DNA of 55,143 nt. It comes from an uncultured bacterium (GTDB taxonomy: Bacteria; Gemmatimonadota; Gemmatimonadetes; Palauibacterales; Palauibacteraceae). The stretch covers positions 67,763 to 122,905 of the forward strand of contig CBDUVN010000001.1 in NCBI GenBank assembly GCA_965370685.1. Direction: 5' to 3'. The position numbers and the translations under genes are program-made. The notes beneath the pieces are model-generated. The model saw only the letters and a list, made by a program, of their open reading frames with translations, was not told the origin of the DNA and did no database searches. Below, in pieces: positions 49,118 through 55,143 of this stretch (the first letter of the stretch is position 1; the number at the start of each line of letters is the position of its first letter).

Positions 49118-50760
49118 AGGACTCCGTAATCGCGCCGCATCTGAGTACACCGCCGGCCGCAGGCGGGGTGCGTGCTCTGCCGTACGAAATCCTGGAGCAG
49201 ACCTGCAAGCGCGTCGGGATCGCGAGCATGGTGTTCGCCGGCATCTGGGCCTGGGCCCTCCTGATGAACACGGTTGTGTGGCGCATCGCGGGACCGACCC
49301 GGTTCTTCACGGACACCGCCCTGTTGAGTCCGGTCAACCTGATCACGATGACGGGCATCCTGTTGTCGGTGGCCATGGTGTTCGTTGCGCGTGCCCTGCA
49401 CCATCGACCGAGCCTCCTGATCGACATCGGTCTCGGGTACGCGGTCCTCAACGCGCTGCTCATAGCGCTGATCAACTGGCTCATCATCCCGCCGGAGTGG
49501 TATCCGTCCGCCGGCGTTTCATTCGTCTGCGTCATCATTCTCGTCTATCCGACGATCGCCCCGGCAGGCCCGTACCGGACGCTGGCAGCCGCTTTCCTGG
49601 CCGCTTCGATGGATCCGATGCTGTACGGCGTCTCGCTCGCACAGGGAAACGTGTATGACCTCGGTCGATTTGATCTGCTGTGGACCTTCGGCCCGAATTA
49701 CGTCTGCGCTCTGATGGCGGTCGTTCCGGCGACCGTGATCCGCGGTCTCGGCAAGCGAGTGTCACGCGAGCGTGAGCTCGGCAGCTACCGGGTGGGAGAG
49801 CGGATCGGACATGGCGGCATGGGCAACGTCTATCAGGCGACGCACCGGCTTCTCGCAAGACCCGCGGCGATCAAGCTGATCCGGCCAGAGGCACTGGGGG
49901 CCGAAGGGCCGGACCGCGCCGGGGTGGTCATCGAGCGGTTCCGGCGCGAGGCCCGGGCCGCCGCGAATCTCAGGTCGCCCCACACGATCGAACTGTACGA
50001 CTTCGGCACTACGGAAGATGGCACGTTTTACTACGTCATGGAACTGCTGAACGGACTGGACCTGCGTGAACTCGTCGGCCGCTTCGGTCCGCTGGGCGCA
50101 CCCCGCACCGTCCATCTCCTCAAGCAGATTTGCCTGTCGCTCGCTGAAGCGCACGATTGCGGGCTCGTGCACCGCGACATCAAGCCGTCGAACCTGGTCG
50201 CGTGCCGGATGGGCGTGGCGGTGGACTACATGAAAGTGCTCGACTTCGGGCTCGTAAAGTCGTCGAACGATGAGGATTCGGCGGGTCGAGATCTGACCTC
50301 GCCCGATGTGACGACGGGCACCCCGGCGTTCATGGCTCCGGAGATCGCCGTCGGCGACCGACCGGTCGATCACAGGGCCGACCTGTACGCGCTCGGCTGC
50401 GTGGCATTCTGGATGCTCACGGGACGGGACGTGTTCGAGGGAGCAACGTCGATCGCGGTCCTCACACAACACGTACGGGACGAGCCGCCGCTCCCATCGA
50501 GTCTCAGCGAGACCGGAATCCCGGCAGAGCTGGATCGGCTCGTGCTCGACTGCCTGGCCAAGGACCCTGCGGAGAGACCTGCGTCCGCGATGGACCTGCT
50601 CGCGCGCCTGAATGCCCTGCCGGTCGAGCCGTGGGGCACGGAGGTGGCTCGAGACTGGTGGCAGCTGCATCTGCCCGAACGATTGACGCAAGGGTGGGAG
50701 AATGCGGCCGGCGCAACTGACCGGAATGAGGATGCCCGATCGATCAGGCCGGAGACCTAG
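49114..50760 (+). CDS. Hanks-type Ser/Thr kinase with N-terminal polytopic membrane domain
   Basis: About 5-6 hydrophobic segments, then GHGGMGNV, AIK, HRDIKPSN, DFG, GTPAFMAPE. Confidence 0.94.
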   Translation: MKDSVIAPHLSTPPAAGGVRALPYEILEQTCKRVGIASMVFAGIWAWALLMNTVVWRIAGPTRFFTDTALLSPVNLITMTGILLSVAMVFVARALHHRPSLLIDIGLGYAVLNALLIALINWLIIPPEWYPSAGVSFVCVIILVYPTIAPAGPYRTLAAAFLAASMDPMLYGVSLAQGNVYDLGRFDLLWTFGPNYVCALMAVVPATVIRGLGKRVSRERELGSYRVGERIGHGGMGNVYQATHRLLARPAAIKLIRPEALGAEGPDRAGVVIERFRREARAAANLRSPHTIELYDFGTTEDGTFYYVMELLNGLDLRELVGRFGPLGAPRTVHLLKQICLSLAEAHDCGLVHRDIKPSNLVACRMGVAVDYMKVLDFGLVKSSNDEDSAGRDLTSPDVTTGTPAFMAPEIAVGDRPVDHRADLYALGCVAFWMLTGRDVFEGATSIAVLTQHVRDEPPLPSSLSETGIPAELDRLVLDCLAKDPAERPASAMDLLARLNALPVEPWGTEVARDWWQLHLPERLTQGWENAAGATDRNEDARSIRPET

Positions 50761-50768
50761 ACAGCGGA

Positions 50769-50839
50769 CTGGCCCCCCAGGAATCGAACCTGGATTACCG
50801 GCTCCAAAGGCCGGTGTCTTACCGTTAGACGAGGGGCCA
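50769..50839 (-). tRNA. tRNA-Gln(TTG), CCA not encoded
   Basis: Acceptor TGGCCCC/GGGGCCA, anticodon arm CCGGC-CTTTGGA-GCCGG, T-loop GTTCGATTC; follows ispE as usual. Confidence 0.96.
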
Positions 50840-50910
50840 GAGACCGGCCGGTGGCGCATCCCGGACCGACCGGACGGACGGTGCGAACATGGCCGGGACG
50901 TCCGAAAGCG

Positions 50911-51825
50911 TCAACCCGGGTCCGGCTCCTTCGTCGCGGTGCGGATCACCCCGACTCCGGCCCGCTGTTCGAGCTCCACCGCCGCCCGGTCCCGGATCTC
51001 CTCTGAATCGAAGATCCCCGCCACACAGGAACCGCTGCCGCACAGGAAGGCGATCCTCGCACCGAGCTCGAGCAGGCCATCGCGAATGATGCGAAGCTCC
51101 GGGTGCCTCCGGAATACGGGGCCCTCGAGGTCGTTGCATACGAGAGGCTCCAGGCCATTCCACTCCGCCATTGCGTCGGGCCGGGGAAGTACGAGCGCGC
51201 CCGCCGAATCCGTGCTCGACCCCGAGCCGGGATCCGCAGCTCTCCGATCCGCCGCCAACCACCGATAGGCGTCACCGGCCGACACGCCGAACGGCGGAAC
51301 CGCTATCAGCACTGGCCGGGCGGACGGGGGCCGAAGCGGAATCAGCCGACGGCCGCGCTCCCACCCGAGTGCGAGCGGGCTGTCGACGAGCCAGAACGGT
51401 ACATCGCTGCCCAGTTCGCCGGCGATCCGCAGCAGATCTTCCCGCTCTAACGGCAGGTTCAGCATCTCGTTCAACGCGACCAGCACTGCCGCGGCATCCG
51501 AGCTTCCTCCTCCGAGACCCGCTGCACTCGGTATTCGTTTCTCGAGCTGAATCGTAACGGCGGGATCGATTCCTGCCGCCCCGCACAGGGACTCGGCCGC
51601 ACGCCAGCAGAGGTTGGAGGAGTCCGCGGGCACCCCTGGGTCTCCTTCCACCTCGAGCCCGATTCCGGCCGGGCCCGGCACCAGCGTTATCCGGTCGGAC
51701 AACTCCAGTGCGAGAAGCAGGGTCTCGACGCCGTGATACCCGGTCTCGTCCCGCTGAAGGACGCGGAGCCGCAGGTTCAGCTTGGCGGGAGCGAGTCGTC
51801 GTACGGTCCCCGAAGCTGAGGTCAT
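50911..51825 (-). CDS. ispE: 4-diphosphocytidyl-2-C-methyl-D-erythritol kinase
   Basis: APAKLNL, GYH, KRIPSAAGLGGGSSDAA, LGSDVPF, NDLE, GSGS; ATG 51825. Confidence 0.96.
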   Translation of the reverse strand: MTSASGTVRRLAPAKLNLRLRVLQRDETGYHGVETLLLALELSDRITLVPGPAGIGLEVEGDPGVPADSSNLCWRAAESLCGAAGIDPAVTIQLEKRIPSAAGLGGGSSDAAAVLVALNEMLNLPLEREDLLRIAGELGSDVPFWLVDSPLALGWERGRRLIPLRPPSARPVLIAVPPFGVSAGDAYRWLAADRRAADPGSGSSTDSAGALVLPRPDAMAEWNGLEPLVCNDLEGPVFRRHPELRIIRDGLLELGARIAFLCGSGSCVAGIFDSEEIRDRAAVELEQRAGVGVIRTATKEPDPG

Positions 51826-52892
51826 TCCGATGCTTCCGGGCCCGGGTCCGTCCCCGCCCGGGTCCGATCGGACGATCCCGGGGCCTCCTCGGATCGTCCG
51901 ATGTCCTTCCACGACAGCCCGATCCGTTGCAGGTACCAGAGTCCCAGCACGGTTACAGGAATGAAGGTGAGGATATGGTAGCTCGTCGCGAAGCTCACGA
52001 TGCGGGCGGGGGCGACGCTCCACAGACTGAGCCCCAGCCGGGCAGCCGCCTCGAATACACCGAAGAATCCCGGACTCGAAGGAGCCGCCACCGCGAAGGC
52101 AATCACCGACTGCAGGAAGAATGAGCCGGAGATACCGGGACCGGTGATCCCGAACGCCATGATACCGGCCCAGATCGACAGCGACAGGTCGATCCACACG
52201 ATGAAGCTCCAGAACAGCGCTCGAAGGAACACGCCCGGCCTGGCCAGCGCTCCGAGCCCCACCACGAATGCGCCAGCGGCCCGGCTCGCCCTGTCGGACA
52301 GCCTGTCAGGAAGCCATTTGCCGACTGTCCGGTCGAACAGATCGACCGCTCTTGCGGGGTTTCGCGCAGCGAGCCACAGCAGACCGAGCCCGATCCCGAA
52401 CACGACCGCCCCGAAGTTGGCCGTCCGGCGAATCAGCTCCGCAGTCGTCCCCTCCCCGAGGGGGAAGCCCGGCGCCGAGATCGTGGCGAACAGAAACAGG
52501 GCGAGCACCACTCCGTCGAGTATCCGCTCGACGACGATGGAGGCGATGGATGCGGACAGCGGGACCGGCTCCGTCCGGGAGATCGCGAACGCCCGGGTGA
52601 TCTCACCCAGCCGAGCCGGCAACAGGTTGTTCACGGCGAACCCGATGCACACGGCTCCGAAGCGGGAGTCGAAACTGGTGTTCGGCTCCACGGGCTCGAG
52701 CAGAATCCGCCAGCGAATCGCCCGGAGCACCATGCTGAACGTGGCAAGCACGACCGCCAGCCCGAGCCAGATCGGATTCGCATTGCGCAGCTCGTGCCAT
52801 ACTTCTGCGCCAGAGACGTCGCGCAGCACCCACCACAGAAGGGCGATCGTGATCACGATCCCGATCAGGGTCTTCCCCCGGTGTTCGCGCAT
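51822..52892 (-). CDS. Lysylphosphatidylglycerol-synthase TM (flippase-like) family protein
   Basis: LRAIRWRILL, NNLLPARLGE, VERILD, PGFFGVFE. Confidence 0.88.
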   Translation of the reverse strand: MREHRGKTLIGIVITIALLWWVLRDVSGAEVWHELRNANPIWLGLAVVLATFSMVLRAIRWRILLEPVEPNTSFDSRFGAVCIGFAVNNLLPARLGEITRAFAISRTEPVPLSASIASIVVERILDGVVLALFLFATISAPGFPLGEGTTAELIRRTANFGAVVFGIGLGLLWLAARNPARAVDLFDRTVGKWLPDRLSDRASRAAGAFVVGLGALARPGVFLRALFWSFIVWIDLSLSIWAGIMAFGITGPGISGSFFLQSVIAFAVAAPSSPGFFGVFEAAARLGLSLWSVAPARIVSFATSYHILTFIPVTVLGLWYLQRIGLSWKDIGRSEEAPGSSDRTRAGTDPGPEASE

Positions 52893-52911
52893 CAGCCGAT
52901 CACGTGGCCCA

Positions 52912-53637
52912 TCAGGCGCGGGCCCGCCTCACCCGCTCCTGCATCTCCCGCACGGCCCGTTCGATCCCGACGAACACGGATCGACTGATCACCGAGTGTC
53001 CGATGTTGAGCTCCTCGCACGTCTCTATGGCAGCCACCGGGTCGACGTTTTCATACGTCAGTCCGTGTCCCGCGTGCACGCACAGCCCCAGATTGCGAGC
53101 CAGATCCGCCGCCTCGCGCAAGCGCGTGATCTGAGCATTCCGTTCAACGGCATTGCCGGAGTTCGCATACTCCCCCGTGTGCAGCTCCACGGCCTCGGCT
53201 CCGAGCTCCGCCGATACGCGGATCGGTTCCGGGTCCGGGTCTACGAACAGCGAACTCCGGATCCCGGCTGCCCTGAGGCGGGAAACCGCCTCCGACGTCC
53301 GGTCACGGGCCGGACCCGCCAGGTGAAGGCCACCTTCGGTCGTGATCTCCTCCCTGTTCTCAGGAACGAGGGTAACCGCCGTCGGCCGCCAGTCGAGCGC
53401 CAGGTCCACCATCGCTTCGACCGCCGCGATCTCGAGATTGACCGCCGTCCGGACGGTCTGCATCAACAGATCGACATCTCGATCCTGGATATGTCTCCGG
53501 TCCTCCCGCAGGTGGACCGTGATTCCGTCGGCCCCACCGAGCTCGGCGAGAACCGCGGTTCGAACCGGATCAGGCTCATCGGTCCGGCGTGCCTGCCGGA
53601 CTGTAGCGACATGATCAATGTTGATGAACAGCCTCAT
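52912..53637 (-). CDS. pdxJ: Pyridoxine 5'-phosphate synthase
   Basis: [43 protein letters not shown]. Confidence 0.98.
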   Translation of the reverse strand: MRLFINIDHVATVRQARRTDEPDPVRTAVLAELGGADGITVHLREDRRHIQDRDVDLLMQTVRTAVNLEIAAVEAMVDLALDWRPTAVTLVPENREEITTEGGLHLAGPARDRTSEAVSRLRAAGIRSSLFVDPDPEPIRVSAELGAEAVELHTGEYANSGNAVERNAQITRLREAADLARNLGLCVHAGHGLTYENVDPVAAIETCEELNIGHSVISRSVFVGIERAVREMQERVRRARA

Positions 53638-53718
53638 CTCTGACTCCCGTTCATCGATTCCGTACCATCGCCCGGGTCGGCGGATTGTACCGTCAGGACT
53701 CCGCGGTCGCGAGCCCGT

Positions 53719-55008
53719 TCAAGTCCCTTCCCGGACCCGAACATCGACACCCGGCTGCTGATTCCATGCGCCGATCAACGCCCGGGTCGCGCGGGCAGTG
53801 AGAATGACTGCGGTTTCCGTGTCGCGGCGTTCCAGCACCTCGGACTCCCGGTAGGCCTGCGCAAGCGTCTTTCCATCACTCACGGGGATCGACAACTCGA
53901 CCGTCGGGCACTCCGCCCGGACTCGCACGCGAAGGGCCGCCTTCAGCGAAGCGAGTCCGTCCACCTCACGAACCGACGTCAGAACATGCGGTCCGAACAG
54001 GCTTGCGGCACGCAGCCGCAGGGCGTCTTCCTCCGGGTGCGTGAGTTGATCCACCTTGTTGAAGGCAAGCACGGTCGGGTGACCCGCGGCGCCGATCTCG
54101 TGCAGGACTTCCTCGACGGCTTCGACCTGATGGTCCCAACTGGGGCTCGACGCATCGATCACGTGGACGAGAAGATCGGCCTCGGCTACCTCCTCGAGCG
54201 TGGCCTGGAAAGACGCGACCAGGCCATGAGGAAGTTTGCGGATGAACCCCACCGTATCGGTGATCAGGGCCCGATATCCGCTACCCAGATCCACGGCCCG
54301 AGTGGCCGAATCGAGAGTGGCGAACAGCCGGTCCTCTACGAACAGATCGCTTCCAGACAGGGCCTTCAGGATTGATGATTTCCCTGAGTTCGTGTACCCC
54401 ACGAGGGCAACTCGGTACTCCTCGATCCGGCCCTTTCGCCTTGTTCCGCGGGCCCGGGAAATGTGTCCGAGCTCCCTGCGAAGTCGGGCGATCCTCCGAT
54501 CGATCATCCGTCGATCGGTCTCGAGCTGCGTCTCGCCAGGACCGCGCATGCCGATCCCGCCCTGGGTCCTCGACAGATGGGTCCACATCCGCTTGAGCCT
54601 CGGGCGCATGTACTCGAGTTGTGCGAGCTCGACCTGGAATCGTGCCTCGGCCGTACGAGCCCGCAGTGCAAAAATGTCGAGAATCAGCTCGGTCCGGTCC
54701 ATGACGCGAACCCCGACCTTCTTCTCGAGTGCCGCGCCCTGAGCCGGCGTCAGATCCTCGTCAAACACGATGAGCGTGGCGGACTGTTCTTCGGCGAGAA
54801 CCCTGAGCTGGTCGGCCTTTCCCCGTCCGATGTACGTGGCCGGATGTGGCGAGGCGATTCGCTGAATCATCGAGCCGGCAACCTCGGCTCCCGCCGTATC
54901 GACCAGGCGTGCGAGTTCCTCCAGATGCTCATCGACCAGCCGCTGCGGCTCATCGAGTCGCGGAGCGCCAACGAGGATCGCCCGCTCGACGGGAGGACGG
55001 AGTTCAAT
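53719..55008 (-). CDS. hflX: Ribosome-splitting GTPase HflX (start uncertain, likely non-canonical)
   Basis: GPGETQLETDRR, GYTNSGKS, LFATLD, DTVGFI, NKVD; conserved N-terminus continues 46 codons upstream of ATG 54870 to ATT 55008. Confidence 0.93.
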   Translation of the reverse strand: MELRPPVERAILVGAPRLDEPQRLVDEHLEELARLVDTAGAEVAGSMIQRIASPHPATYIGRGKADQLRVLAEEQSATLIVFDEDLTPAQGAALEKKVGVRVMDRTELILDIFALRARTAEARFQVELAQLEYMRPRLKRMWTHLSRTQGGIGMRGPGETQLETDRRMIDRRIARLRRELGHISRARGTRRKGRIEEYRVALVGYTNSGKSSILKALSGSDLFVEDRLFATLDSATRAVDLGSGYRALITDTVGFIRKLPHGLVASFQATLEEVAEADLLVHVIDASSPSWDHQVEAVEEVLHEIGAAGHPTVLAFNKVDQLTHPEEDALRLRAASLFGPHVLTSVREVDGLASLKAALRVRVRAECPTVELSIPVSDGKTLAQAYRESEVLERRDTETAVILTARATRALIGAWNQQPGVDVRVREGT

Positions 55009-55023
55009 CGGCGCGCCCGTGGC

Positions 55024-55143
55024 TCAGTCTCCCTCTTCGTGGCCGTCGGAGCCGCCGGGCGTGTGCCCGGATCGCCCCTGGTCCGCATTTGCACGTGCCT
55101 CCCGGATTTCCTGCATCCGAACCGCGATCCGGGACTCTACGCC
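55024..55143 (-). CDS. Probable 3' end of an upstream gene (partial)
   Basis: Open frame from window edge (GVESRIAVRMQEIREARANA...GHEEGD) ending TGA 55026-55024, in frame with hflX. Confidence 0.5.
   Translation of the reverse strand, partial: GVESRIAVRMQEIREARANADQGRSGHTPGGSDGHEEGD

Noticed and set aside
46623-50839. Active integrative element at tRNA-Gln
   Set aside because: No integrase, no att direct repeat, no obvious compositional shift
55000-55026. Selenocysteine recoding of the TGA before hflX
   Set aside because: No bacterial SECIS-like hairpin follows and the context is not a redox motif
21-55094. Many long antisense or alternate-frame ORFs (e.g. 3257-4792, 17144-18967, 33093-35015, 52000-53643)
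   Set aside because: Shadow ORFs expected in high-GC DNA; each overlaps a well-supported gene and shows no recognisable motifs

Overview
High-GC bacterial chromosomal window, densely coding and almost entirely housekeeping. Gene content and order resemble Gemmatimonadota, which is an inference. It holds about 52 CDSs, tRNA-Gln(TTG), the small SRP RNA and an S6:S18 ribosomal leader. I see no transposase, integrase, prophage or CRISPR array. Main blocks: lepB/thpR; PTPS-pabB-pabA (folate); comM; an iodotyrosine-deiodinase-like nitroreductase; a + strand run (degenerate creatininase, secreted protein, Yip1, MacA/MacB-type ABC system, bshB1, cysteine desulfurase, mnmA); and a long - strand run (hflX, pdxJ, ispE, tRNA-Gln, prs, rplY, pth, hppA, rpsF, rpsR, rplI, fakA-degV fusion, rsfS, peptidase-propeller-Omp85, two SPOR proteins, smc, RNase Z-like, yraN, ffs, dnaX, ybaB, recR, mglA-like, pgsA, cinA-C, grpE, dnaJ), interrupted by mscS, nudC and a Ser/Thr kinase. 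The best candidate for an undescribed system is the envelope/division module upstream of smc: a POTRA-less Omp85 with an HExxH peptidase, a propeller-SPOR lipoprotein, and a MinD/BY-kinase-like pseudo-ATPase-TM-2xSPOR protein whose stop overlaps the smc start. Other leads: hflX lacks a canonical start codon for its conserved N-terminus; an orphan MglA has lost its catalytic Arg and Gln; S6 carries a repetitive acidic tail of about 130 aa; the PTPS has the hybrid CExxHGH motif; the SRP RNA has a pentaloop. All family calls come from motif recognition by eye, not database searches.
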